Positions 9,245 to 18,947 of a DNA stretch of 61,859 nt are shown one piece after another. A program made the position numbers and the translations under genes. Origin of the DNA: an uncultured Oligoflexia bacterium (GTDB taxonomy: Bacteria; Bdellovibrionota; UBA1018; CAYHWW01). The stretch covers positions 1-61,859 of the forward strand of contig CAYHWW010000003.1 of the NCBI GenBank assembly GCA_964360145.1. Direction: 5' to 3'. The first letter of the stretch is position 1. Every line of letters begins with the position of its first letter. The notes under the pieces were generated by a model that was given only the letters and a program-made list of their open reading frames with translations, did not search any database and was not told the DNA's origin.

Positions 9245-9985
9245 CTATTGTTCGAGTTGGGTGGCGAGTTCTTGGTCGCTGGCCAAGATCATGCCTTCCA
9301 TGCCAGGGACCAGCGTGCCGTTCTTGGCCATGCCGTAGATCCGGTCAGACAGGGCAGGGGCCAGTCGCTCCACCATGACCCGGCGAGCGAGGCGAGACAG
9401 GGGTTTGCAGAACGAGCCCAGGAGCGGGTGCTCCTTAGAGGCCTGCTTGCAAGCGAAGTAGGCGCCCCAGTAGGTCACCACGCCGGCAAAGGGCGTGAAG
9501 TGCTGGCGGTATTCCATCATGTCCCAGGTGTCTTGGCCGCGGGGGTCGCCATTGGGGTGGAACACCACGGGGATTGCGAAATTCATGACGTGGATGTCGT
9601 AAAGGACGGTGCCTTCAAGACGCTGGCGGCCGAGGCGGCTTTCCAGCATGTCATAGATCTGGGCCAGCGTACCGTTCAAGGGGGTATGGTCGCCCAGGCC
9701 CAGCAGGCTGACTAAGTCTTGGGCTTCACGCCAGCGGCGGCGTACCCACTCCGCATCAGCGCCATGGCCTTCTCTTTCCAAGGTGATGGCAGCCTCTTCC
9801 ACTACGAGGTTGAGGGCCAGGCGGGCCACGGGGCCCAGGTTGAACTCAGCGAGGTCATGGGCCGTGCCGTCGAATGAAGCGACGATGGCCTGGCGGTGAG
9901 CCGGTGTGGCCATCTGTTCCGCTTGGGCAGTGACCGCACCGAAGAACAGAGCTGCTATGAACCAATACGCACGTCGTTGTGCCAT
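9245..9985 (-). CDS. hypothetical secreted protein
   Basis: Signal peptide MAQRRAYWFIAALFFGAVTAQA. The ATG at 9985 is preceded by a GGAGGGAGA SD. I recognised no domain. Confidence 0.6.
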   Translation of the reverse strand: MAQRRAYWFIAALFFGAVTAQAEQMATPAHRQAIVASFDGTAHDLAEFNLGPVARLALNLVVEEAAITLEREGHGADAEWVRRRWREAQDLVSLLGLGDHTPLNGTLAQIYDMLESRLGRQRLEGTVLYDIHVMNFAIPVVFHPNGDPRGQDTWDMMEYRQHFTPFAGVVTYWGAYFACKQASKEHPLLGSFCKPLSRLARRVMVERLAPALSDRIYGMAKNGTLVPGMEGMILASDQELATQLEQ

Positions 9986-10116
9986 AAAAATCTCCCTCCA
10001 ATGGAGAATGTGGTTATTTTGTAGTGATAGGGTCTCGCCGCCGCCTCGTTTTGCCAAGAGAGGCTGAATAAAATAAATTGATGCGGAGCGGCTGATCGGG
10101 TTATGCCAGCCGCATC

Positions 10117-11352
10117 ATGGCCACGAACACCCGCGTCCCCACCGCCGAGTATCTGTACTCTCTGCCTGAGAATCTCATCGCCACTCATCCCCTGGCGGAT
10201 CGCAGCGGCTCACGCCTGCTCCTGACTCGCGGTTCCAATGGCCTCGTGGAGCATCGCCGCTTCGGCGAGCTTCCGGTGTTGCTGCCCCCCCAGAGCTTCC
10301 TTGTCCTGAACGACACCAAGGTGGTGCGGGCTCGCCTCCATGCTCGCAAGGCCACGGGAGGCGCCGCGGAAATCCTGTGTTTGGAGCCCCTTCGCCCCAG
10401 CGCTGATCCCGTGGCGGCATTGGCTTCACGAGGCGGCGCGTGGCGCTGTCTCATTGGTGGCAAGAATATTCAGAGCGGCGACGTGCTGACCCTCGATGGT
10501 GCCGCGGGTGTTGCTGACGGCGCCCGGGCCACCATCGTGGAAAAAAATGGCGCCGAGGCCTTGGTGGAGTTCGAGCTGCCCTGCACCCTGGGTGAGTTCC
10601 TCCAGCGGGTGGGGCGCACGCCGCTCCCTCCCTACATCAAGCGGGAGGCCACCGCGGACGATGTCTCGTCCTATCAAACAGTTTATGCTGAGAAGGACGG
10701 CTCCGTGGCGGCCCCCACCGCGGGCCTCCATTTCAGTCGGGATACCCTGAAGGCCCTGTACCAGAGCGGGCACCTCATGGGGCGCGTGACCCTGCACGTG
10801 GGCGCGGGCACTTTCCGCCCCGTGGAGGCGGAAGATGCCAGGGACCATGTCATGCACGGCGAGCGCTTTGAAGTGAGCCGGGATTTCATCGTGAGCCTGG
10901 AGCATCACCTCCGCGCCGTCAAACCCATCGTGGCGGTGGGCACCACCAGCGCCCGCACCTTGGAGAGCCTTTATTGGCTGGGCGTGCAAGCCCTCTTGAA
11001 GGGGCTACCCAAAGACGATGCAGGCGATGTGAATCTGGGCCAGTGGCCCTGGGCGGAAGACTGGGGACGGGCGTTGCCGCTGCCCGCCCTCGCCTTGCAG
11101 GGTCTCATCCAGTGGATCGACGCCCGGGGTTTGATCGGGCTGAGAGGCCGCACTCAGCTCATGATCGTGCCGGGTTATGAGTTCCAAACCCTGCGAGGCC
11201 TTGTGACCAATTTCCACCAGCCCGAGAGCTCGCTGGTGCTCCTCGTCGCGGCATTCCTGGGTAAAGACCTGTGGAAGCGTGCCTACGCGGAGGCCGTGGA
11301 GCGCGAGTATCGTTTCTTGAGCTATGGGGATTCGTCGCTGTTGTTGAGGTAG
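10117..11352 (+). CDS. queA: S-adenosylmethionine:tRNA ribosyltransferase-isomerase
   Basis: QueA motifs: YLYSLPENLIATHP, PLPPYIKRE, VGTTSARTLES, FHQPESSL. At 411 aa it is longer than typical QueA proteins. Confidence 0.9.
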   Translation: MATNTRVPTAEYLYSLPENLIATHPLADRSGSRLLLTRGSNGLVEHRRFGELPVLLPPQSFLVLNDTKVVRARLHARKATGGAAEILCLEPLRPSADPVAALASRGGAWRCLIGGKNIQSGDVLTLDGAAGVADGARATIVEKNGAEALVEFELPCTLGEFLQRVGRTPLPPYIKREATADDVSSYQTVYAEKDGSVAAPTAGLHFSRDTLKALYQSGHLMGRVTLHVGAGTFRPVEAEDARDHVMHGERFEVSRDFIVSLEHHLRAVKPIVAVGTTSARTLESLYWLGVQALLKGLPKDDAGDVNLGQWPWAEDWGRALPLPALALQGLIQWIDARGLIGLRGRTQLMIVPGYEFQTLRGLVTNFHQPESSLVLLVAAFLGKDLWKRAYAEAVEREYRFLSYGDSSLLLR

Positions 11353-11359
11353 TCGTTGA

Positions 11360-13858
11360 TTAGGGCTCGCACAGGTTTTCAAAGAAAGCTGCGCGGTGGA
11401 TGCGCAAAGCTTCGTAGTTTTCTAAGCTATTGCGCCCTGCGCGATCACGACTGTAATCGTTCGGTGACATACTGAGATAGCGTTGAAGGTCCTCATCCGT
11501 GGCCACCGGCGGCCGCAGTTTTCTCATAATAGAGTGTATGGGCGTATAGGCGTCGAAGACATGAGGCGGGAGTATATCACTTATGACACCTTTGAAAGAA
11601 ATGCGGCCACCGCTTGGTGTTCTTACAGTGTCACTCCGCGTCTCTTGATGTGCGACCCAGAGTCTCATCAAGCGACTTGGGCTGATGCCGCGCAGGTATC
11701 TGCGCCATGCCGTTGTGATCACGTTATGGAGTTGCTGGCTTGCCCTCTCATTTCCAAGAGCAAGGGCTGAGATATCAAGAGCATTCCCCGAGATACGATA
11801 GAGGGTTGAGGGGCTGGCGGCGCCAGGCAGCGGGCCCTGATGAATCCTGATCCTTTGGATTTGCGGCGGGATCAACGCACGGGAGCCGTTATTCGTGGGG
11901 CTTCTCAGTAGGTCATTTGCAGAATGTCTCAGGCGGTGGAGCTGTGTTTCCGTCCAAAAATCAGAGGGTACCAGCTCATACTCGATCTCAGGGGCCACGG
12001 ACACACCCGGCGCGATGCTGATATTGCAATGGCTCAAAATCCCTCGCTCCTCGGAGGTGAGAGTCAGTATGGAGAGCAGCCTTCCGATCTGTTGACTGGC
12101 CAAGCTATACAGGGTCAGTTCACGGGTAGCATTCAAGTCCCGGGCGTAAAACCACCGTTGGGGATGAAAAGACTGGATGCTCTCATCAGCGAGAAGCTCA
12201 GCGAGGAAGAGTTCCTCGTTCGCGGGCCACGGCGTCGCTCTATGTAGATTCAATAGTTGAATCAGTGGCGATAGGTATGAGTGAATATGTTCAGTCAGGA
12301 AGTTCGCAGGCAAGGCGAGCGCATTTGCCGTGCGGAGCAGCGCGGGATCGGAGTAGTATTGAAGGAAATGGATAAAGTCATCTCGTTCAAAGGGGATCGA
12401 TAAGACATCTAGGATGCGGTAGTGATAGTTGGTGTAGAGGTAAGCCACCCGGCTTCGCAGCATGGCAATGCCGTCGACTCCACCACGGGGCATGGTGACC
12501 GTGTGATGGGCTTCGTCATGTGTGTCTAAGAAATGTTCATTGTCGGGCGTGTGCGATACCGGTGCCCCGGTTCTGAAAATGACCTGTGTCCTGGCTCTGA
12601 TGTTCGACGGGAAGTTAAAGAGGCGTTGATGCACCTCGATATCAGCGAAGGCGGTCAGCTCCCAGCTGCAATGGAAGAGAGGCTCTTCCGCGCCGTTGGC
12701 CGCCTGGCAATGATAGATAAATCCACCGCTTTCCGCGCTCAGCAAGAGGGGGATGGACGTGATGTCATTGTGGAGCGTGGTGGCATTCGTGGCATCGAGA
12801 CTCAGGGTGCTGAGGATGCGCGCCGTCCCCGCGCCGTCCTCCGTGGTGTGGCGCGACTCTCTGCCCAAGGTAATGCGGCGAGTATACCGCAAAGTCGCAG
12901 CTCGCTCTTCTGAAGACGCAAGTTCGTCCCGCAGCCGCCGCAGGTACTCGCTGCATGTATGGAGAGTGGTCTGAGGGGCGCAGGCCACTAACGTGTGTAC
13001 GCCGAGCAGGTTCACGAGGTCTTCTTGACTCTCGATAAGGGGCTTCAAAGCATTGAGGTTCTCTCTCGTGCTGGAGGCTGGTGAGACGCGCACATCTATA
13101 ACCAGTTCGTCGCCACTTCCTATGACGCCGCGGCGTTCAAATCCATCGGTGCCGCCGAGGGTGATGGTGCCGAAGCGAGAGTGCAGCAGCCCGGAATGCC
13201 AGGAACCGAGAAACAGTTCCAGGGCACGGGCAGTCGTGGCGCAACTCTGTGCTTGTTCCATGCCCCGCAGCAGGGGCCGCCCCTCCGCATTGCGTGGCGA
13301 CAGGGCATTGAAGTCGCAAAGCACCGCATTGACGTGGCTGCCCCGTGCGCGCTCGGTGCGCGTCAGCTCAGCGTTGGCGAGCGCAAATGCGCCGAGGAGG
13401 GCCCGACGTTCAGCGATGGGCGCCATGGCGTTGAGGAGGAACTGCCTGCCGCGGACGCCGCCGGGCCCCGCGGACGGGGTGTCGAGAAAAACGTGAATGT
13501 GGTCGATGCCCCGGGGGATGAAATCCACAGCGGGGGTTGCGGCGAGAGCCCCATTGATGAGGTCGAGGGTCTCCAGGCAGCGGCGGGCCCAGGCGGGGTC
13601 CGTCATGAGGCGTGATGCGCAGCCTACGCGGATGGGGCTGTGTGCGAGGCGCGTCGCCGCCAGCCGTGCTTGCCGTGCGAGGCGGGGGGCGCGCACCGTG
13701 CGAATCGAGTTGAGATCGACGGTGTCGTAGCTCTCCGTCGCGAAGCCTTCCACGCTCTCGACAAAGACGTCGAGCGCCCTCTGGGCATGGGCCAGGGAGG
13801 CAGAGAAGAACAGGGTCGCGGCGAGGAGGAGGGATTTCACGAACCTCCAATAATGCAA
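11360..13858 (-). CDS. large hypothetical secreted protein (832 aa)
   Basis: Long uninterrupted ORF with signal peptide MHYWRFVKSLLLAATLFFSASLAHA. I recognised no domain. Confidence 0.7.
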   Translation of the reverse strand: MHYWRFVKSLLLAATLFFSASLAHAQRALDVFVESVEGFATESYDTVDLNSIRTVRAPRLARQARLAATRLAHSPIRVGCASRLMTDPAWARRCLETLDLINGALAATPAVDFIPRGIDHIHVFLDTPSAGPGGVRGRQFLLNAMAPIAERRALLGAFALANAELTRTERARGSHVNAVLCDFNALSPRNAEGRPLLRGMEQAQSCATTARALELFLGSWHSGLLHSRFGTITLGGTDGFERRGVIGSGDELVIDVRVSPASSTRENLNALKPLIESQEDLVNLLGVHTLVACAPQTTLHTCSEYLRRLRDELASSEERAATLRYTRRITLGRESRHTTEDGAGTARILSTLSLDATNATTLHNDITSIPLLLSAESGGFIYHCQAANGAEEPLFHCSWELTAFADIEVHQRLFNFPSNIRARTQVIFRTGAPVSHTPDNEHFLDTHDEAHHTVTMPRGGVDGIAMLRSRVAYLYTNYHYRILDVLSIPFERDDFIHFLQYYSDPALLRTANALALPANFLTEHIHSYLSPLIQLLNLHRATPWPANEELFLAELLADESIQSFHPQRWFYARDLNATRELTLYSLASQQIGRLLSILTLTSEERGILSHCNISIAPGVSVAPEIEYELVPSDFWTETQLHRLRHSANDLLRSPTNNGSRALIPPQIQRIRIHQGPLPGAASPSTLYRISGNALDISALALGNERASQQLHNVITTAWRRYLRGISPSRLMRLWVAHQETRSDTVRTPSGGRISFKGVISDILPPHVFDAYTPIHSIMRKLRPPVATDEDLQRYLSMSPNDYSRDRAGRNSLENYEALRIHRAAFFENLCEP

Positions 13859-13998
13859 ATCCGAGGCGAGCCGAGGAAATAAATAGGGCAGTGGTTACAG
13901 GCGGTTAGCCGGGGTTATGGCGCGATCTCTGTCGATCTTTTGTGCAGATGCGCAGGATATCATCTGCCAAAAGTTATCCTGTTCTTGACTATAAACAT

Positions 13999-15513
13999 AT
14001 GTTATTGATGGCCATGTTCTTTGGCAGTGCATCGCTTCATCTTCTGCTTTTCGTTCTTTCCGCGGTGCCTGCTTTGACTTGGGCGGCGGACGAACAAGGG
14101 CCTCACCCCACGCCTCGCCTGCGTAAAAATGCATGCTTCTTCAGCATCACGCCCTACCTCAAACAAATGCAAGCCCTGGCGGGGAAACGAGTGCGTGTCA
14201 GCGCTAAAGGGGTAGCGCAGCCTCGGGTGGGCTTCCTGCCCGCGGTGATTACCGAGAGTATGAGTTTCATCACTCTCTACAGCGAGCCCCCACATGGGCA
14301 CTCCATGAGTTTTGCTCAGACTATGATGATGATACCCCTCACCGAAGTCGACGGGGATATCATCATCGATCCTCCCCAGACCGTCGCCCTGCCCGGAGCA
14401 GGAGTGGGGCTGTGGATGCCCAGTGGAGAAATGATCTCAACGTTTGGAAACGGCAGCTACGTGAGCCTTCCCGACGTTCGTGGCGAGCCCATGGCTGCCC
14501 GTGTGTTGGCCATCAACCCACGGACCTCTGAGGTCACCTTGCAAATTCCTCAAGAAGACGTGGGCGCCCTCGTGTTTTTCGAACTCATCACCAGTGCCGA
14601 CCAGGCAGCTCAGTTGCGCCTCAGCGAGACCAGTAAACGATTCTTTGAGTCCTATGAACTGAATACGGCTCTGCGACGCAGCACTTTACCGTCCGTGCGA
14701 GAATCTTGGCCTGATGTCACTACCACGGCAGTGGAAAACGACGTGGCCCAGGCCTTCATCGAGGCCCACCGTGTTTTTGACCCCGCTGCCGCGCTGGGGG
14801 CCCATGGCATCATGGCACTCCATGCACTCATCCAATATCCCGCACCTGACTCTGCTCTTGCTCCAAATTTTGCCACGCCCGGCCTTACAGCAAGGAGCAT
14901 GGGCCTTCACGATGTCGAACAGACGCGCAACGAAGATGGCACTCTTCTCACCGTGGGGTTTGTGGCAGGCCAGCAGGTTCATAACCTGCCGGATGACCAC
15001 TGGTTCAGGGCAACCTTAAATGCCAACAGTTTAGAAGCAAAAGAATACCGCCCCAAGGTTTACATCGCGCTCCCTCCCGATCGCTTGGCGGAGCTGCTGC
15101 CGATGATCATCGCAAAAGCGGCCGCGGCTGATTGCCATCAGCTCAAATTCGGCGCCACCTGGAACGACCTCATTCGCGACGACCGCATGGTTCTGCATTT
15201 CAATAACTTTGAGAGCTCCGTGCGCTTTGCCAAAGAACTGGACCTCATGCTCACGGCGCTGGGCATGGAGGGCCCCCCATCGGCTGCATTCACCTATCGT
15301 TTGGGTAAAAGCCCCGTAAGCATCGGCTTTGACCCGCCATGGGGGGAATCATGGCGGTACTACGTCTCCCGCAGAGTGCGCGACGTCCTCGGTGCTGGGA
15401 GCAGGGATGCAGAGAGTTTCACCAGCGGCTTAGCCGCCCACGACATCGTGGCGGGCCACTGGACACCCTCGATGATTCACGAACGTTTTTTAAGGGCGCT
15501 TTCCGCTCCCTGA
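13999..15513 (+). CDS. hypothetical secreted protein (about 505 aa)
   Basis: Long ORF. The internal ATG at 13999 gives a signal-peptide-like MLLMAMFFGSASLHLLLFVLSAVPALTWA; the ORF-track start is a GTG at 13942. I recognised no confident domain. Confidence 0.6.
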   Translation: MLLMAMFFGSASLHLLLFVLSAVPALTWAADEQGPHPTPRLRKNACFFSITPYLKQMQALAGKRVRVSAKGVAQPRVGFLPAVITESMSFITLYSEPPHGHSMSFAQTMMMIPLTEVDGDIIIDPPQTVALPGAGVGLWMPSGEMISTFGNGSYVSLPDVRGEPMAARVLAINPRTSEVTLQIPQEDVGALVFFELITSADQAAQLRLSETSKRFFESYELNTALRRSTLPSVRESWPDVTTTAVENDVAQAFIEAHRVFDPAAALGAHGIMALHALIQYPAPDSALAPNFATPGLTARSMGLHDVEQTRNEDGTLLTVGFVAGQQVHNLPDDHWFRATLNANSLEAKEYRPKVYIALPPDRLAELLPMIIAKAAAADCHQLKFGATWNDLIRDDRMVLHFNNFESSVRFAKELDLMLTALGMEGPPSAAFTYRLGKSPVSIGFDPPWGESWRYYVSRRVRDVLGAGSRDAESFTSGLAAHDIVAGHWTPSMIHERFLRALSAP

Positions 15514-15519
15514 ACGATC

Positions 15520-15554
15520 ACACCCACTAACGTGAGCACCACGTTAGCGGGTGT
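15520..15554. terminator. hairpin between convergent genes (possible bidirectional terminator)
   Basis: ACACCCACTAACGTG-agcac-CACGTTAGCGGGTGT, a 15-bp stem with one mismatch. It starts 7 nt after the plus-strand stop and overlaps the minus-strand stop codon. Confidence 0.45.
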
Positions 15555-16809
15555 AGGCCTGTGTTAACGCAAGACCGTGACGAGCCACTGTCTCGCCAGA
15601 AAGGGCGCACATGCGGTCCGTGGGGTCCAGGGTGTAGAACATGAAGGCATCCGCTTCATCGTCCCAAAACTCGGTGTAGCAGTCAGGAAAAGCCATGACG
15701 TGGCCAAATTCATGCTGCATGACGGTGCGAGTGTGCTCCAGCCACAACGGCGTGTTCGCATCCATGGTGATTTCACTGCCCCCAATGGAGTCTACGTGGG
15801 GAAGGGCGCCGGCCTCCCAAAGCACATGCACGCGCCCCAGGGGCCTGCGGCCTGGCTCGGCGCTGACCTCGATATTCAGCACGCTATTGTTCCAAGCCAG
15901 CGCCACTTCGCTGGCGATCCACTGTAGGATTTCCGCGGGGATATTTTCCGTGAAAAACTTCAAGCGCAGGACAGCGCCATCATGGGTAGCCTTCGTGCCG
16001 GCGTGAGCAGAGGGAATGAGAAACTTCTCGTCGTAGGCGCTTCGCCCTCTCTCAAAGATGCCCGCGAACCAACGCTCCGCCCGCCGTGAATTGCCGCTGA
16101 GGACGAGGCGTGCCGCTTCACGAGTGCACTTCGCCAGCGACTGCCCACCAATGGGGCATGCGGATACTGCCAAATGAACGGCATTACGACGAGTTTCTGC
16201 CGAAGCCCCCGTCCACTGACGGGCTAAGTCCATGAGCGCTTCACGCTCCGCCTGGAGTCTGAGCCAGGGGCGGAAATCGCGAGATGACTTGGAGAGCTGG
16301 AGGCGCCAGCGGGAAAGCATGATCCAACGACTGGCGCGGGAGTAAGCGGTGTGCACTTTGCGGATGCCCGGCATGGCGTCGGCAAGGGCAAGGCCCCCGG
16401 GCAAAGCGGTGGGCAGGTCGCCGCGGCCCTCGAGGATGTCCGCGAGACCAGGCAGTAGGGCGGAGCGGGCCTCTTCATAGAGCGCGATGATGATCGTTGG
16501 GTTGTAGGTCATGGGCTCCGCGGGGGAGGCCTCGTGCCCCACGCGATCAATGCGGCGCCAAATTTGCTCCCGCTGCTCAGCGGGCAGATTTGTTTGCAAC
16601 TGGTCTACCCAGGCCAAGGCTCGGGCGCCGGCATTGATGATTTCTTGGAGGGTAAGGTCCATGGCGCCAAGCCCACCCTGTTGTCGCAGGATCTGGGCTG
16701 CTTCTTGCGGACTGAGCAGAATCTCTAGTGGAGTGCGCATCTCCTCCGCCCGCACCGTGGTGGCGGCGGTCACCGCCATGATAAGCCCTAGCAAGTATCT
16801 GAAAGTCAT
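15544..16809 (-). CDS. secreted zinc metalloprotease-like protein (HExxH)
   Basis: Signal peptide MTFRYLLGLIMAVTAATTVRA and an HEFGH motif (MQHEFGHVMAFPDCY) near the C-terminus. Confidence 0.65.
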   Translation of the reverse strand: MTFRYLLGLIMAVTAATTVRAEEMRTPLEILLSPQEAAQILRQQGGLGAMDLTLQEIINAGARALAWVDQLQTNLPAEQREQIWRRIDRVGHEASPAEPMTYNPTIIIALYEEARSALLPGLADILEGRGDLPTALPGGLALADAMPGIRKVHTAYSRASRWIMLSRWRLQLSKSSRDFRPWLRLQAEREALMDLARQWTGASAETRRNAVHLAVSACPIGGQSLAKCTREAARLVLSGNSRRAERWFAGIFERGRSAYDEKFLIPSAHAGTKATHDGAVLRLKFFTENIPAEILQWIASEVALAWNNSVLNIEVSAEPGRRPLGRVHVLWEAGALPHVDSIGGSEITMDANTPLWLEHTRTVMQHEFGHVMAFPDCYTEFWDDEADAFMFYTLDPTDRMCALSGETVARHGLALTQAYTR

Positions 16810-16924
16810 AGATCCCCCTTAGAGCGGGGATGATCCCGGGGAAGGGGCCTCCTGTCAACGCGGGCGTGAGGCAATGCGGTGATTGAATTTGTGATTCATT
16901 TCCGTCGGTGTTATAGCCGCGCCC

Positions 16925-17971
16925 ATGGGAAAACTGATTCTATTCACGGCACTGCTCTCATTTGCCGCCTCCAACAGCTTCGCTGTGGACGCGCCGCAGT
17001 TCGACGAATACGACGTCGCTCAACAGCGCATGGAACCCACCCTGGGGCTGGCTCAGCGCACCCTGCGGGACCTGCGCACCGGCCGCATGACCGAGGAGGA
17101 GTGGGCTGAGGGCCTGGATCACGCTATGAAGGCGGCGGCCTCCCAGCATCGCGAGAGTCAGCTTCACATCGCCTACGCCCGCTATCTCTCCCAGGAGCTT
17201 TTCGAGGCGCTGCAGGGCACCGGGGATAGCGTCGGCGGCGTCTACCGCCGTGTCGACAGCGCCGCCCAGGAAACCCTGGACCAAGAGCACAGGGACCGGG
17301 CGATGGTCATCACCCTGGCATTGGCGTCGCTGCGCAGGCATATGCACCAATATGCGGTGGCGCTGGAAGCCCAGGAGGTCGGCCAAACCCCGGAGGAATA
17401 CGGCGCTAAACTGGAGTACAGGTCCATGGCTACGTCGTCAGCGACCGGTAGAGACTTGCTGATGCTCGGCGGTGGCGTTTTTGCCCCCATCGCCGCAGGG
17501 TTCGGCCTTGGCGCGCTCACCTATAACTTCCTGCCCCTCCTCCATGCTTCGTCGTATTTGACAGAGATGGCGGCACCCGCCGCAGTGGTGACATTTTTTG
17601 TGACATTAGCTGGCAGCTCTTTTGGTTTCCTCAAAACCATGGCGCATCTCGCCTACAGAAAAGGCCTGAGGGAATTCCCCGCCCAGCGCGCCGCCGCGGA
17701 TGCAAGACTCAGCCAAGAGTTCAACGCCATCGATTTAGATCTCCTCCGCGCCTTCATCACCGGCGCCATGGACAGGGGCGTGACCGCGGAGGTAGCCATC
17801 ACCCAATTGGGGATCACGAACCCCGACATCAAACGCCAACTGACCTGCGGCGGGGCGCTGTCTCCCCTGATGGCGCCGATAGCCGTTCGGGTGGAGGTGG
17901 AAAACGAAGAGGCGGAGCCCCTCCAACGCGTGTTCGACGCGGCGCCTGGGCCCCGTGTTTCAAAAAAGTAG
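16925..17971 (+). CDS. hypothetical exported/membrane protein
   Basis: Signal peptide MGKLILFTALLSFAASNSFA and predicted hydrophobic helices (LLMLGGGVFAPIAAGFGLGAL; AAPAAVVTFFVTLAGSSFGFL). Confidence 0.6.
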   Translation: MGKLILFTALLSFAASNSFAVDAPQFDEYDVAQQRMEPTLGLAQRTLRDLRTGRMTEEEWAEGLDHAMKAAASQHRESQLHIAYARYLSQELFEALQGTGDSVGGVYRRVDSAAQETLDQEHRDRAMVITLALASLRRHMHQYAVALEAQEVGQTPEEYGAKLEYRSMATSSATGRDLLMLGGGVFAPIAAGFGLGALTYNFLPLLHASSYLTEMAAPAAVVTFFVTLAGSSFGFLKTMAHLAYRKGLREFPAQRAAADARLSQEFNAIDLDLLRAFITGAMDRGVTAEVAITQLGITNPDIKRQLTCGGALSPLMAPIAVRVEVENEEAEPLQRVFDAAPGPRVSKK

Positions 17972-17981
17972 GCCCCTCGCC

Positions 17982-18809
17982 ATGGCATCAAAACACGGAT
18001 TACTGTTTGGAGCGCTGCTTTGCACGCTGCTCGCGAGCGGCTGCCCCACCGCCGAAACGCCCGCGGACTGGGTCTGTTACGACAGCAGCGGCAGCGTGGA
18101 CAGCGACGTGGGCGCATCAACCGCAGCACTGGTGTTCTACCGCAGGTTCCTCTGGCCTGAGGGGCGGCGCGCCATTTCTGTGTGCTGGGAGGATGAGACC
18201 TGGGAGGGGCGGGACTATGGGCGCTTCCGAGCGCTGGTCCGAGAAGCGGTCACGGAGCAGTGGGAGAAAACCCTCGCCACTCTCGAAGATGGCACAGCGG
18301 TGCCCGAGGACCTCCGCGTGCGCTTTGTGGGTTGGGTCAAATGCAGCGAAGGCTTCAGCGACGGCATCCGAATCCATGTCTCTGACGAGGTGCCCAGCAC
18401 TGTTTTGGGCTTTGTCGTGGCGGCCCAGCCCCAGGGTATGATCCTCAACTTCGAGTTTCGCCGGTGGGAGCCCACATGTCTCGGGCCATCGGGCTTGGCG
18501 GACCCCTTTTGCGTACGCTCCATTGCCGTGCACGAATTTGGTCATGCCCTTGGTTTTTCCCATGAGCAAGACCGCACCGATACGCCAGCGCACTGCGCGG
18601 ATGAAGCGCTTCGCCCTGGGGGCGATTTCTATGGCGGCAGCTGGGACCTCAATTCCGTCCTGAATTACTGCAGCCCCGCCTGGAACAACGACGGGCAGTT
18701 GAGCGCCCAAGACGCACGGTGGTCGCGGATCGCCTATTATCCCCGATACTATCCCGATTTAAAATGCCAACCCCTGGCCACTGGTGGCAGTGCAAGCTCC
18801 ACGCCCTAA
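17982..18809 (+). CDS. astacin/metzincin-like zinc metalloprotease lipoprotein
   Basis: Lipobox LLASGC after MASKHGLLFGALLCT, and an extended zinc motif HEFGHALGFSHEQDR (HExxHxxGxxHE). An alternative GTG start lies at 17955. Confidence 0.7.
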   Translation: MASKHGLLFGALLCTLLASGCPTAETPADWVCYDSSGSVDSDVGASTAALVFYRRFLWPEGRRAISVCWEDETWEGRDYGRFRALVREAVTEQWEKTLATLEDGTAVPEDLRVRFVGWVKCSEGFSDGIRIHVSDEVPSTVLGFVVAAQPQGMILNFEFRRWEPTCLGPSGLADPFCVRSIAVHEFGHALGFSHEQDRTDTPAHCADEALRPGGDFYGGSWDLNSVLNYCSPAWNNDGQLSAQDARWSRIAYYPRYYPDLKCQPLATGGSASSTP

Positions 18810-18834
18810 CAAATCTCAAGTGTCTGCGAGGGAA

Positions 18835-18935
18835 TTTTGCCGGGGAGCGAGGCGGAGGAGGAAGTGGCCGACCAAAGCGCACTTCTGTGCGCTGCGTGGA
18901 GGCCACGACGACGACAACGAAGCTCCACGGCAAAA
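18835..18935 (+). repeat. 101-bp palindromic intergenic repeat, copy A
   Basis: 97 of 101 positions match the reverse complement of 51850-51950. Termini are TTTTGCCGG...CCGGCAAAA-like, with nested stems GGAGC/GCTCC, GTGGCC/GGCCAC and AGCGCAC/GTGCGCT. It lies between convergent stops at 18809 and 18948. Confidence 0.85.
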
Positions 18936-18947
18936 TCCCCCGCAGAC

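Noticed and set aside
10117-11352. QueA is about 60 aa longer than familiar orthologs, with an extra segment around LLKGLPKDDAGDVNLGQWPWAEDWGRALPLPALALQGLIQWI.
   Set aside because: It is likely a lineage-specific insertion in a loop of an otherwise complete enzyme. Nothing in the DNA suggests a mobile insertion or a fusion.
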